A DNA stretch of 64,000 nt from the NCBI GenBank assembly GCA_037379345.1, contig CM074516.1:18476001-18540000 (forward strand), in the 5' to 3' direction. This DNA comes from Perna viridis. Taxonomy: Eukaryota. How positions within the stretch are numbered: the stretch's first letter is position 1; each line of letters begins with the position of its first letter. The notes beneath the pieces are model-generated. The model had not been told where the DNA came from, did not search any database, and was given only the letters and a program-made list of their open reading frames with translations. Position numbers and translations under genes: made by a program. Below are positions 37,461-52,000 of the stretch, one piece after another.

Positions 37461-38649
37461 GTCCACTGGACAGACACAACACAGCTCAGATGGAGTAATA
37501 TTCATATGAATTAATTTTGTATATAGTTCATTTAGAGACATAATTAGATAAATTAAACAAAAGGATTGGTGGATCCAGGGGTGGGCGTCTGGTAAAAGGG
37601 CCTTCTTTTTGGTGGAAAATTTTCTTCGTTTTGTGCAAAATTTGGTACAAATTAAGCAAATCATAGTTTGAGCTAGTTTTAATTTTCTGGATGATGGATG
37701 GGAAGCCAACACCCCCTCCTTTAATCAAAAATGTCTGGATCTGAACGTGGCGGTTAGTTATGTTCAATATATAACAACATTAGTTTATAGAGTCAAATGA
37801 TAATTTCGGATCAGACTTTTGTTGGAGGCAAGTAAAACATAGTCATATACTAGTGTTCAAAAGTACAATGTATCATGATGAATTATGAGTAAATAAACTG
37901 TTTAATTCAGCAATGTGTATTTATTGTTGTTGTAATATATTACTGAATATTGTTGTTGCAGGAAAATGTCTATGAAACAAAAACGTATTTAGTGCTATTC
38001 TTTTTTAAAGAAAACAATTTTCAGGGTGGAGAGATACTACAATGCTATTTTTATTTTTTTTTTTTCGAAACTGCAAAAATTATAAACCCAAGAATATATT
38101 CAGTTGACAGAATCTGTGAAAATTAACGCGTGTATAGTACATACTAATCTCTTCATTATTACTTTGAAGTAATAACTGATAGCATATCATTTGTTATTCG
38201 TATCTACATAAGGGCAGGTGAGGTTGTTATTTCTACAGAACATTTGTTGTATGCTTTAACAAATGTTGAATTTCAAACTTACTGTCAAAATAATAACTAG
38301 AAAGAAAGTTTATTGATTGGTTGTGCTTTTATATCAGAAATAGCGGAACTTCAAACAATTTAATACGAGAACGATCAGCCGATCGAGCAGCCCTGTTTTG
38401 CTTTATTCAGGACAAAAATTCATAAGCTAATCTGTGAACACAAATCAACTATTTGTTTCACTTTCAAGTTGCACGTCATTAAAATTGCTACTGCGTTAAA
38501 GGGACAGTAGAGTAAGGCTTTATGGTAATTGTACAGGGAACCATATTTCACCAAGTTTGCATTTCTGATTTAATCTTCTGGAAAGGTTTGAATATTTTAG
38601 CAAATATCAACAAAAAATTCCGAATCAAAATCTTGGCAAATTGTAGGGC

Positions 38650-39080
38650 TCAAATGTTCGAGCAATGAGTATTATTAAAGAGGGCAACTAGGTACACTGT
38701 CGATCAGGCCTGAGTACTCTTGAATCCATCTGTCAATGCCGTATGTAAAATAGTAAAGAGCTTTGAAAAAAATGTCTGTTTTGTGTATGTAGCAGACCCA
38801 GCAATATACCTCTACTGATAAAGACACTTAATGTCTTTATCCAATGAAAAGGAGGGAGAGTAATGAGGGTCATAAGAACATTACCGAACTGATAAAATCT
38901 TGGCAAAAGTCTGGAGGAAAAGTCGAAAGGGAAGTCGAATGCAAATTACAATATTAAAGTTAAAACCGGAATGTTGTAAACCGCCGCAATGGTCCTAAAT
39001 TGTTACAGTCTTTTCGATGTGAAAAGATGGTTAAACCAGATTTCATATTATCACCAAGTTGTATCAATGACGTTAGCACA
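38650..39080 (-). mobile_element. Fossil Naiad-like RT N-terminal remnant (duplicated at ~8650-9080)
   Basis: Broken frames give LPPFHW..RYIAGSA..SKL.TIL here and KQRYIAWS..LTTL in the paralogue. Confidence 0.4.
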
Positions 39081-42000
39081 AACATGGTTTAATACTATTA
39101 AAATTTAATGTATAGTGCTAAGAGTATGTTGGGTTATATAGTGAATTATCAAGACCCATTTGCCTAATTAGAAAGCCAAGTAGTGTCTTTTGCATAAACT
39201 TAGCTTTTTCTGATGAAAAGAACACAAATATATCAGGACAATCTGTCAATATTGTCTTAACCTTAAGATCGTAAAATTGGAATGGGTTTCAAATGTTAAA
39301 ACACGGTTCTTCAAATAAGAAAATGAAAAAAAAACAAACCTTTCACCGCTGATGTGAAAGTAACACATTTCTGTAAATAAGTATGGTGACCAAGATATAT
39401 CGTATTACAAAGTTCTTACAATGATTCGGCATAAAAGACTAAACAAAGAAATCTAGTGATTTTGTCTTACAGTGGATTGTGATCTACCTACATATTTGGT
39501 TCCAATTCAGCTCATGAGAGGATTCTGCTTGAAACACGTAAACAACATGTCTTTATTGATGTTTACAATAAATAAGATTGTTCTATTTTTGTTTTTGTTT
39601 TTTGTTTTTGTTTTTGTTTTTATTTATTTTTGGTTTATACATGTAAATGAAATATTTTACTACTCAGAAGGCTTTGTGGTTTTTGTGGTACTTTTATTTA
39701 ACCGACTCTCATCAAATCACACGCATCACCTTGGACATGAACGCAAATAAAATATGAAAAAATAAGTATTTTTCTATATTTTTACTTTTTTATTGATATT
39801 TAATCTGTTTTTAGTTCCTTCTTACCTCTTAAACGTGGATATTATTCACTAATTCATTATTCTTATTTACGTTTAATTTGAACCACTTCACAACATACAT
39901 ATTTTAAGTATTAAAAATAAAAATTCTTAAACATTGACGCTGCACTCTTTATATCGAACGTAACATAAATGTTATGTGGTGGATCAGGCTTTTTACTTCG
40001 ATATGCTTAAGTGCGTATAAAATGCAATTTATTTTGTTAACTAATATCTTCATATGTAGGTGTACCGAAGAGGTCAAATCTCACTTCTAGAATGTGTATA
40101 GTATAACAGTTTGCAATATTGATATGATTTGTACTTTTGTATTTATTACACTGCGTTCAGTTTTCATCAGAATGTTTTCACAATAAAGAATGATAACTAA
40201 ACTAATTTTAATAAAGTTGTGGCGGAAAGCATAAAGGTTGTTCAAAAAAGCTTTCATCGTCTGCATTTTTTTCCGAAAACAACTATTTTCGAATACAATT
40301 ATGATAATGATATAACAATTACTTACCGACAACAGGTTTTAAAAAGGCCAACATTAAAATCAGTCCCCAAATTATTTTATCACGTCTTCATGTATTCTCG
40401 TAAAGACTTCATGAAATAATAAAAAAAAAACATCACCTAGTTTAGGCTGCATTGTCATACTCTGCTTACGTCAAGCGTTTACTTTACTACCGTTTTATTA
40501 GTTAGTATAAATATTCAATTTAGTCCCAGATCATAATTTTGAAAGGTATGGATTTGTGTTCGAAAGGGAATGAGAATAGATATCATTTTAATAATAAGAG
40601 TATATTCGCTGATACCTGGTTTTCAGTATTGTTACATGTATAATTAAAATTTTGACTTTGCCCACACATTTTTCCTTTTCTTTTTTTTTTATTTCAAGCA
40701 CAAATTGCGGTCGTTCACTCATACCATGTCGTCGCAGTCATTGTTAGACATTTAGTATACGGACATTAACGTGTGCATAAGTGAATGTTGATAAATTTAA
40801 TTATAGCACAAGGTACATATACCACACCTCAAAAGGAAAACTGAGATTTATTTCTAGGTTTGAAGCATTGAGGAATTAAAGGTCATAAAGGGGACAGGAA
40901 CGATGATTTTAACGATGTCAGGACATTAACTTTTGGATTTCTTTGAGGTTATATAACACGGAACCATACTATGCAGGAAAATGCTTCAATGGATGGAATT
41001 TAGGGGTCGTAAATTAAGGTCTTTAGAAACTAGTAGAAACTAGTTCACGATGCTTACACATTTACTTGACTGACATTTCATGGATTTCTTTGACATTGTT
41101 TCACATGCATGATGCAATCCTAAAAATAGACGGCCTGGATTAACACGTGCTGTACCTAGCAATAAAAGGGCAAAATGAACCAACTTAGATTGTTGTCAAC
41201 TTCTAGTCGAATCCTTCTCCCCATTTGCAAATTTTATCGCAATCATAATTCAGAGTTGTATCAAGTTTCGATGTTGCGCTCATACATTATTGCTTTACTG
41301 AAAAGTTTGACGATTTTTATTTACATTTTTATATTATCTCTTTGAACATATGAATTTATTAGTTCTACTGCTCTCTGAAATATTTGCAAGATGTTTTTTT
41401 ACAAACTTAGTAGATTGTCATATATTATTTATCATCAGCAAAAAACTAAACTTTTGTAGATGAATTTTTAAGTAATAGTCTTTATACAAATCAGATAATA
41501 GGTGATTCCTACAAGTCAAAACCAACCAAAATCATTTTTATTACTACTTCAGTCACGATTACAGGCACAAAACCGGTATGAGTTTCTTGGACTTGAGATA
41601 ATTATTATATAAATGTATGTATGGTTTGCAATTAGCATTTTGCAAGAGGCGCTATTCATTGTTTATATTTATCAGTTTATTTCATAGAAAATGAAGGTCG
41701 TTTTTTAAGATTTAATGCAAGAAGGAGTATTATCTTTTGAGGTAAAGTATATGTAGACCTTTTGTGGGCAGTTGTGGTCATTTTCACTTCGGTTGTCTTA
41801 ATGTTAATGTTAATGTACGAACTGCAAACAAAAAATCATTAGCCAAAATAACATTTGTTTACTAAATATAAATACCCATTTTTCTATACCAACCAAACAT
41901 ACCACTTAAATGGAACAAAACTATTTTAGTGAAAAAATATCATGTCACTCATATGTCTCACAATCATGGGGCGTGGTTACCGAATATCATGTTAAATATT

Positions 42001-42199
42001 AGTAGAAGAATCTAAATCGTTTGAGATTCCAGGAGAATAATCTGATAACCTAAAATATATTTAGGTCGTTGTAACCATCATATGCATATATAAACGGGAT
42101 ATTGTTTTTAAATAAGTTTGTTTATTATACTATTGTACAAACTGATCATACAGTGATTAAGCAAATGTGTATTGTATACTTCCATTATCTGGAAATTTT

Positions 42200-42255
42200 T
42201 ATTTATTAATTTATTTATTATTATTATTATTTTTATTATTATTATTATTATTATA
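42200..42255. repeat. (TTA)n microsatellite expansion absent from the paralogous block (~15335)
   Basis: Read directly and compared with the duplicate. Confidence 0.85.
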
Positions 42256-42959
42256 TGTTTTTTTGATATATAAAGCAATCATCGGACAAATGCATTAAAT
42301 GTGTTAGAGAGTGTGTAAGATAATCTACAGGACTTGTTTCCGATGCATCATTTAGAAGTTTACTGTCTTTAGTATATATCAATGGTCCGATCACTGTATC
42401 ATTTTTAATGTTCTTATCGTAAAAGCTTTAACAATTTGCTTTGAACGCGGCAGGTACAATATGAACAATTTATGTTGTAAAATTAGAAGCATATATTTTC
42501 AGCACAATAAAATGTATCCCTTTTCAGAACTTATAATTTTTTTTTATTTGGTTTGTTTGTTTGTTTGTTTGTTTGTTTTGTTTTTTTTTTTTTGCTGTTT
42601 TAGTGGAAAAGTAAGGCTTAATTTTCTCAAAAGTACAGTTCTAAGTACAAAAAGGACTAGTCACATAAAATACTGAATGTTTGAACCAAAATAGCATTGG
42701 CAGTGTCTGAATTTTGTATGGACTGATTCTTAAAATATTAGAAAAAACATGATGTAAAGGGACTTTGAAATGTTTTTGTTTGGACAGGTTTTGCAATCGT
42801 TAGGTTCAGGTTTAGATGAAAAACTACATTTCTTGCCATAACTCCAATAAAAATAACAGTCGTTATGACCTATTTGATATCCAAACATTCTGCAATGTGT
42901 TTCAATCTGAAATCGTATGTTTTTAACTATGTATGCTCAGGCCTTTTATTAATATAAGT

Positions 42960-45900
42960 TAACCGATGAAATCAATAACTCGACAAATATTTATTACAAA
43001 ATCATCTGCTGGAGACTTGTTATTTTTAGCATTTTTGATAGCTCTAATAACTTCCTCCTTAGTAGTAGCTTTGTTAAGTTCAGCATTAACAATAATATCG
43101 CCAGGATGAGTTACATTTGGTATATCTTCATAATTCTTATTTACCTCCTTAAAATAATCAAATGAAGTATCGATTTCCATATCATTACTGTGGACTGGTC
43201 TATCCCTATTCAGGACTTTCCAGTATTCACGAGGATTATTAGTTTTCAAAGATTTCTTCATTTTCTTCAGTTCAAACTTATAATTCTTAATACTATTGTT
43301 TAAAGTTTTCTCATAGATCTTTTCACTAGCCTGAAGGCCTGATTTTAAAATATTAGAACCATAATGTTTGTACAATCTTTGTGCTTTTCGAAAATCTTTT
43401 CTCTTTGTATAACAATCCTTGTCAAATCAAACTTTGGTTTGAATTTTATCAGGATTATTTTTCACGACATTTCTATTCCGCCGAACACCAAATGTTTGTT
43501 TTGCAGAATAAAGCAAAACATCTGTTATTTTAACCACAATATCATTTAAATAATCCTGATCAACACTCCGTTAAGATCAATATTATTTTTTATAGTCGTT
43601 TAATCTATTTTGGTCCCAGTGACCTATTTTCTCAGAATAATGAGTTTGCATTTCTTCATAACTCTCGTTCAAGTCATGATATTTATAAATATCAACACTT
43701 AAATGTAAAGGAGAATGTATATCTGAATAGAGACTGCTAAAATCAATTACCTTAAAATTATTTAGCCTGTGCATCATATTTGCAGTACATAACGTATAAT
43801 CAACAACAGCTCGTTGCTTTACCATTTCTATCCCCAGCTATTCGCCCATTTAATATAAACACATTGTTGTTTTTACAAAATGATAAAAATTTCCTTCCAT
43901 AGTTATTTATAGTTTTGTCTACAGAAATTCTGTCTCTTGGGATATTTAAACTGTCTATTTCCTGTATATAAGGAAACTGTTCACAAAAATAAAATTCATA
44001 ATCAAAATTATTATTTTCTGTCTCTCTAGAAATGTAATAGTCTGGCAAATTACCAGTTCTATTAATGAAATCGCCAAAAGAATAATGTTTGAAAATCCTT
44101 TTGCAACATTTGAAATTCTAATTCAATCTCATTAAATGCATCATTTGATGGATATCGAGAATTTTCAGGTGGAATGTAAACTAATCCACACACAACATCA
44201 TTGACAAGATTTTTTATTCAGCTTGAACCAATAAATGTATGGGCAGTTTTTCTCGATCGGAACTACATGTTTTTCAAACCCCTTTTACAACCAACAATGA
44301 TACCACCAGATTTATGATTCGAATAAGTTTTTCTATTTTTGTAGAAAAATGCAAAATTATTTAAATTTATAACATTCAAGTTATCTAATTTAGATTCTGT
44401 TAAACAAATAATATCAATTTCGTTTAGAAGATCTCTAAACTCAGGGTATAAAATTCTATTCTTCTTTGTTATTATTGACAAGGTTTTCATAATGAAAGTC
44501 AGTTACGGTAGAGTTAGTCTCGTCATACCTCTGTCTGTTAACCGTTGATACTTCTTGACCGGATTATGACTATCTCTGGGTTCCTCTGCGGGGTTTACCA
44601 CGTCCTCGAGTTGGTTGAAATTCAAACTTAGGTCGGGCTCCATGTTCACGGGTAGGAAGTCTCTCATTTGTTTCCATATCGGCTTCGCTCGTAACTGGTG
44701 GAATGAATTCACAACCATCAATGAATAATTTATCTATCTTGAAATGAGCTTTTTTTCCGCTGATTTTTAGCTTCCTTGTAGAAAAGCCATAGAACTTTCC
44801 GACGGTCAATAATTTCCTTTGGGTACTGCTCATTTACACCGCACCGGGTACCTTGTAGATTGGCAGCGGCACTTCGAACTGTTTCACAATCTTTAAAGCA
44901 TTTAAATCTACATACTATAGGTCTGGTTGCAAACAATGTATGGCCGTTTTGAGGATCTTTGACACCGTACTCTTTACCAAAACGATGAGCTCTATAAAAT
45001 TCGATAGGGCTTTCCATTTACATTTGGTTTGTCATAAAATCATTGATAACTACTTCAGTGTCTTCTGTTTCGAAAGGAACAGGGATTCCTGTTAAGACTA
45101 AATTTCCCCGCATTGACCTTGTTTGTAAGTAAAGGTGTCTTTCAAAAAGGTTATCTAAATCGGTTCTAAGTTTATCCACATCTTCTGATACGTCGTCGTA
45201 TTCGGCCTGTAGGGTGGCGATCGAAGATGTCATAGTTTTACAATCAGTTTGGTTTTGTTCATAGTTTTCGTTCATGAATTCCATACTTTTTTCTATTTCA
45301 TTCACACGGTTTGTAATTTTGTCGACATATTTGGCCAGGCTACTCATAGTGCTTTCGAATTTGTTCAGTTTTTCGCTCAGTTTGTCTAAAATGTTTAGTT
45401 TTGTGGACATTTGTTCGATCTTACTGATGAGAGAATCCATTTTTGCATTTGAGTCAGGTCCGTGACTCATGGTGGACTGTAACATAGGTTGCATAGGGAT
45501 CGACATTGGGCTTGTTATTGCTCCATTATAATCAGAAGATCTGACCATATGTATATTCGGCTGAGAAGTATATTGGAAAGGAATCTGCTGCATAACTGGG
45601 GTCTGACAAAAACTGTTCATACCTGTTGTCTATTGTGATGCCACTTGATTCAACGAGTCATTGTACAGAACATTTCGTGACTGAGTAGTGTTTATCTTAC
45701 TTGGATTATTATTGTCAGCATTTTCATTGTGATCTTTAGAAGTTTTCCTTTTTTTTGCAGCATTTTGTTTCTTCTTCGCACTCATAAATGCAGTATTAGT
45801 CACTTTTCAGTAGTATTTTGGCACTCACAAATGTTCATTTTCACAAAGAGATCTTCATGGAGAAAAAAATCAACACGTCCATTTTGTTTTCACACATACA
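42960..45900 (-). mobile_element. LINE (RTE-X/CR1-group-like): ORF1 + APE endonuclease, RT missing (3'-truncated), pseudogenised
   Basis: ORF1 from ATG 45785: coiled coil, then RSMRGNLVLTGI, RAHRFG, RPIVCRF, EQYPKEI..RR, DKLFIDG. ORF2 pieces: IICLTESK, SGGIIV, NNYGRKFLSFCK..ILNGR..GD, VVDY, SDIHSP, ending at KNNKSPADD. Many stops and frameshifts. Confidence 0.88.
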
Positions 45901-46049
45901 CACTTTGAGTTTTAATATTTATTTTTATAGACATGACGACAAATGACTTTGTAAAAATTCCATTGCATAGGGATATAGTTTAGACATTTTGAGATAAAAA
46001 ATGTCCCTGGAGTAATTTTATTTTTGCACCAACCTGCAAGGTGAGGCAT

Positions 46050-46460
46050 TTCCTAAGTAGCACGAACATTTGTCGAAATACTTTATTTAATGTTTATCGG
46101 TAGTTTGCTAAACATTTTCAACAGGACATTTTAAAATAGTTTTTAAAACATTTTGATGACGTTTTTTAAACATTTTAGCGTTTAAGTTTGAAAAAGGTTT
46201 TCGGAACTGTTTCATGAAATGTTTTTTGAAATGTTTAAATAACGTGTCACTGTAATGTTTTTGGATCTATTTCCAGATATGGTTTTAATACGGTTTTCTG
46301 AAATTTTCTAAAAAAATATTTTTAGAAATGTAAGAAAAACATTCTAATGTATTATTTTTTAAAAACATTTTAAAACGAATTTAGAAAATATTTCTTCACT
46401 ATTTTAAACTGCATATTAAAAAAATAATTTTCTTATAAATATCAAATGTACAATAAAAAA
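46050..46460. repeat. AT-rich array of AAACATTTT/AAATGTTT motifs, probably transposon subterminal repeats
   Basis: The motif recurs in both orientations. Confidence 0.4.
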
Positions 46461-46693
46461 TGAGTATGCCATGAAATTAAAATTCTGATTATCAAGCACT
46501 ATTTGGACAATAGAGGCTATATAATTACATCATTATTCAATTTAAAAAAATACCGAACAAGGATACATGTGTTATACACATGCATTGTACATGTACATGA
46601 CGTACTAGTCTTGTTAATTTGTCATGCATATTTGATTTACAATTAATTCACCCCACTTATCTGTGCCTTGTCTTTTAATTAACCAACATCGAT

Positions 46694-47004
46694 GATGACA
46701 TCTCATAGAAATAATAAGATAATAGTGTAAATGGTGTACCACATGCTGCTATTGAAATAGGGTAGAACAAATCTTTATCAGTGTGGGTATTGTCCTGCAC
46801 ACGTGTACAAGAGGCATACACTATTGTGAAGACGATTCAAAGAACTGGATGACATCTCATAGAAATAATAAGATAATAGTGTAAATGGTGTACCACATGC
46901 TGCTATTGAAATAGTTTAGAACAAATCTTTATCAGTGTGGGTATTGTCCTGCACATGTGTACAAGAGGCATACACTATTATGAAGACGATTCAAAGAACT
47001 GGAT
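46694..47004. repeat. Tandem duplication, 2 x 154 bp
   Basis: Units start at 46694 and 46848, are nearly identical, and have GAT microhomology at the junctions. Confidence 0.95.
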
Positions 47005-47534
47005 CTGTCCAATAAGATGTGAGTACAATTCTTTGTAATTAAAAGAGCCAAAGTACTTTGAATAAAAACTAGTCTGTGTAACCTTGATTTATAAACATAG
47101 CTGGTCAATTAGTCATTTTACGATTTCCCAGTCACTAAACAACATCACGCTGTGAAGACAAACACTCAAGTGATTTCTGATTTTGTTTTACTTTTGTTTT
47201 TGTAATACCCCGAAAATGTGTACTGCTACGGAAAATGTATGTTTCTCCGTTTCCTTTTTTCCGTTTGCATAATATTGATTCAATTGTATATCCGGAATGA
47301 CAAAGTGAACATGTCAAAATTTATATCACACAATTAGGTGTTGACCCTGTACGGAGTAAGTTTTTAATTTTTTATTATTTTTTATGATAGACACATTTCT
47401 CAGTGAATTAATTGATATGTTTATATTGCCGTATTTTGTATAAATAGGCGTCATTTGAGCGTCACAAAGAACATCCTATATCCTGGTGTCATTGGTTCTC
47501 GATAGCATATCAATGTCGTTTACATGTTACCCTG

Positions 47535-48549
47535 GAGTGTTCATATAACAACTCATACGTTATGCCAGAGCTTGCCAAAACTACGCAGACTTTTTGTATC
47601 GCGCTACAACTCTAACAAATAAGCTTCTGGAACAGGGTTATGTTGAAGTCATCACTACAGAAGTTTTATGGTCGTCATCATGAACTCGTGGATTGTTATG
47701 GTGTATCCATCTGCACCATGAAAACTGATTTATTCAACGAGTCATAGTTTTCCTTTCCTCGTTTGTTTACCCCGGACTTGACTTTTTATGAGCAACTCGG
47801 CGGGTGATTCTAGAAAAGCAGAGGACGCTTACCCGACCGGTGCACCTGGTCCATGTTCCCAGTTTTTAGTGGAGTCCGAGTTGCTTATTTGCTTTTGTTA
47901 CTTTGTATGTTTGATTTTCGTTACTATCTGTTCTTTGTTGTGTGTGTCTGTTTTCCATATCTGGTCTTTATCCCTGAATTACATCCTTTTGATTACCGAT
48001 ATAACCCAGCCCCGTGCAGGTCCGGGTGTTAAAAGAATAGCCCAGCAGCAGCGCTAAGCTTGTCGTAAAAGGCGACTAAATAGTGCTCAGAAACCTAGCC
48101 GGGGGCTAGTCGCTCTGCCCACAGAGCAACTGGGATGTGTGCCCCAGGTGGTGGAATGGGGTACCCCTGGCGTGTTACATGCTGGGGTTGTCAGGCTATA
48201 ATACGGAAAACCTGACCGCAAACCATAGTGGTGCACCGTGTTTGGAAAGATGCCACGTTCCTCGCACGTTAAAGAACCCTGCTGTGGTATTCGATAGGAG
48301 TAGGAACCTTTGCGCTCCACCACAGGAGGCTAAATTGCCCGACCTTACCCATTCCCCTTATTCCAGTGGCAATCAGAATTTGTCGACCCTATTATCCTTG
48401 TGACCCATCCTTTTTTTTTTTTCATTTCATATTCATTCTATCATCCATTTCATGTTCATTGTCTGAATATAGCTGAAATATTGCTGCTCGGACGTTAAAC
48501 CCCAACAAACAAACAAACCGATATAACCTTGGTTCCCTTGATTACTCTT
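47535..48549 (+). mobile_element. Naiad 3' fragment interrupted by the SINE-like element
   Basis: QLIRYARAC...KFYGRHHELVD remnant followed by the full 3' UTR ending GATTACTCTT. Confidence 0.88.
48007..48516 (+). mobile_element. Same SINE-like family, full length, nested in a Naiad 3' end
   Basis: 12-bp TSD ACCGATATAACC (47995-48006 / 48517-48528) duplicates Naiad sequence. Confidence 0.92.
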
Positions 48550-49084
48550 GCATGTGTGGAAAGCCAAATTGACACTAATTTTTAAACATTTACATTACAC
48601 AAATCATCAAAATTGGGTTCATAACATTGAACATGTTCTGTTAGTTTTGAATATTATGATTTCTTGCATATTTATGTTTGTAAAATTGCTTTGTTTTGTT
48701 GTTTGAAGTTCATTATTAACCATTTATAACAATAAGCCTGTGTCACGTTTGAATTCGATCCCCGTACTATCCATTTATACCATATTTTTGCAGTTTGACC
48801 ATTATTTTAGGCGTAAAAATTCAAACAATCGATATAAATTGATTCAGTACATGAGTACTTTGACTTTTATTTTGTTATGATAGAACATTAGTGGACTTAG
48901 TTTGTACGCATTTAAAATCATTGAATGTCGAGTTGATATCATCAAAATCAAGGCTTAACCGTTTATCTTCAAGATAAGACTTAGACGTTCCATTTTTAAC
49001 AGTTCTGACACGCTAAAGGATATGAATTCATTGGTGTTGAAATATTTTGTCATTTTTAACTTCTTTTTTATTTCTGTTTATAAG

Positions 49085-52000
49085 GCAACAAGAGACGACA
49101 CATATGTAACCTACAAGGAGTTAGATGAAATAAAGTCCAGTATACACCAGATCAGTACTGAGAAAGACGAGCTAATTAGAAAGCAGTCAAATGAACTGAA
49201 GGAGTTGAAACAGATGGTCGTTGATCATGGTCAGTTTGACTAAAATATCTTTTGTACAGCTAAGTGATAGGTATCATTGTTATGCTGTTGAAAATTGTGT
49301 CCGCAGTACTTGTGTCAAGGACTTAAACACTAAAAATTGGGATGGAAACTAAAACAATCTACAACAAATATTAATAAAACAATACTATGGAAAACCTCAA
49401 CATTAATTTACACAGTTGTAAATATTTCACATTACACCCCACTTCCTTATTTAGTGTTTTGGTAGTTAAAATTTCAAAACACGTCATATAATGTAACAAT
49501 GTGGTTGTTTTCTAATAAGTTGTTTTTATCTGTAAAGCAGAAATTGAAAATGGCATGTTAAGAAGGAAACTTCATGAAAATGTTCAAGTTGTAACAAAGA
49601 GGTTCTTGGAATTGAATAATACTGTATCCCAACTACAGAGTGGAATGGAACTCATGTCTAAGGCAAAAAGCGTTGTTAAACGAAACACAGGTTTGTTGAC
49701 GTATTCAAAATGTTAAGTAGCAGTTATTGTAAAAATGTCGCAAATTTTGTAATATGTGATGCATGTTCATCTCAAAAAGGCTACACATTCTTATTTTCGG
49801 TTATTACGTTGTTTTAATGGTCTTTATAATGAAGTTTATGACTATTTTTTTCATTCTGTCTGCCCGTAAGAGATAATTCATATTTAAATTTCAAAAGTGT
49901 CTATTTCATTTCAGTGTCATACATAGAGTAAGCACTCTCTATTTTGAATTATACAGTACATACATATATATACTGTAAAACTTGAGATCATGGGTTCTAT
50001 GAAATGAAACATATAAATTTATGTTAACTTTAACATTTTAAACGAAATATTGAACATTAAAATATGTAAGCTTTCTAACCATTTATCACATTTTGTATGA
50101 TTTTTAGGTGGAAAGCTACGCACGCTTTATCACTTTAAGTCATACTTTGTCTAAAATCACACCAGGTACAAACATGTTCCATGGGCTACGTTGTTAAGTT
50201 CTAATGTGAAGTTCAAATAGAAAATATGATACAAAATTGGTTTTGTACGAGTAGATTTCATATTAAAAAGCATGTAAACTTGAATAAAAATAAGTGTTTT
50301 GTGAATTTAAATGCAGCTTAATAGGGTTGTGGGTAATACGTAGAAATCGGCGAGTAGTTATCGGTTTTATGTGATAGTTCATATTGCCAGTGCTATAGTT
50401 TTGTATGTCATGTCTTGTTTTCCTTATTTTTATATCGAATCTATTTTATTTGATTCTCTACATTCTGTATGTATATTGTTCTGTTGTGTGTTTTTGCATT
50501 AATGTTTTTTGGATCTTGATGTGTCTAAACTATACCACTGCTGACGTTTTGGTATTTCTCTTTGCTGATATCAACACACAATTTTACACAAATGCAACTT
50601 ATATTTTAGAGATAAGTTATGCACTGTTAAAGGTATACAGCTATTTTAGTGTTTGTTTAAATGCTTGATTTTATTTAATTATTTAACTATTTGTAAGCAC
50701 ACAAGTTCAGCAAATGTAAATATTACTTTAAGGCAGTACAACCATCGCTATCCACACTTTTAGTCTTAATATAATTGCAAGTAGAAAAAATAATTGACTG
50801 CAACATGACTACAAAAATCTTGAGAAATGTTTTCATCAGAAAAAAAACCAAATCAGTGTATATGTATATTAACTTCAAATAAAACAACAGTTTTCTCAAT
50901 GAGGATATACACTCCAGTTCTTAAATCTAAACAAAACGTAGTAGTATATAATGTTTCTAAATATCGATACTTGCATTGCTGAAAGAAAATGAGATTTGCT
51001 TAAATTGCCGCTTTATTTTTTTACTTGTTAATATCAGAGAAAATATTTAAGCTTCAATACAAATAGACAATATAAGCTTAACAATGACATGACTAAGATT
51101 CCATTAAATCGGGATGATTCACAAACATAATGTAGACATAACAAATTTAAGTTTACTATAAAACCTGAAGATTAAAAAACACAAGACGGCTAAGACAACT
51201 AGCACAAATATAGTCATTGTAATGATAAGTCCGTAAAAAATATCTTAAAATTTCATCTGGTTCGCTAGATGAGTAAACATGTCCTGCTCTGTCAGGAATA
51301 ATCATGCATATTGCAAACTGGCCAATTATATCAAAGTCATTTTTCGCTCTAAATATCACATTAATATACAAATCACATTCATCACTGAAACGGTATTAGC
51401 TATAAAATGTATACTATATATCCTCAAGATTTTAGTAAACTTCGAAAATACTAATGTTCGTGGGGTTCCAATTTCGTAATTGTCGTGAGTAGGTCAAACC
51501 ACGATACTTAGTTTAGTTCCCTACGAAAATGAATTTTTTATTGATGAGTATACTGAAAACCAAAACCCCAAGAATCAACGAACATGTGCTTCTTCCCTAA
51601 TCTACGAAAATTGGTGCCCACGAGTTTAAGTATTTTCACAGTATTGCCACAAAGATAGGGGATGTTGTTGAGTATTGGACTTGATTGGAAAAAACAAATA
51701 TAACTTTAGGTTAAGATTAAAGATGCGTAATACACTCTAGCAACGATGATGCAAAGTGTGATTCATGGGTCTAAAATAATATACAAATTTATTATTAAAA
51801 TCCAAGTCATTTTTTTTTCAGACTCACCTGTTGCATTTTACGCACTTGTTAAAGAACCTATTTTGAATCTCGGCGATAATCAAGAAATACATTTCCTAAT
51901 TGTTGCGTCAGACACACATAATGCATTCGACGGACCAACAAGTGTATTCACGTGTCCAGAAAGTGGTTACTACTTCTTCATACTATCAATTATGACATAT

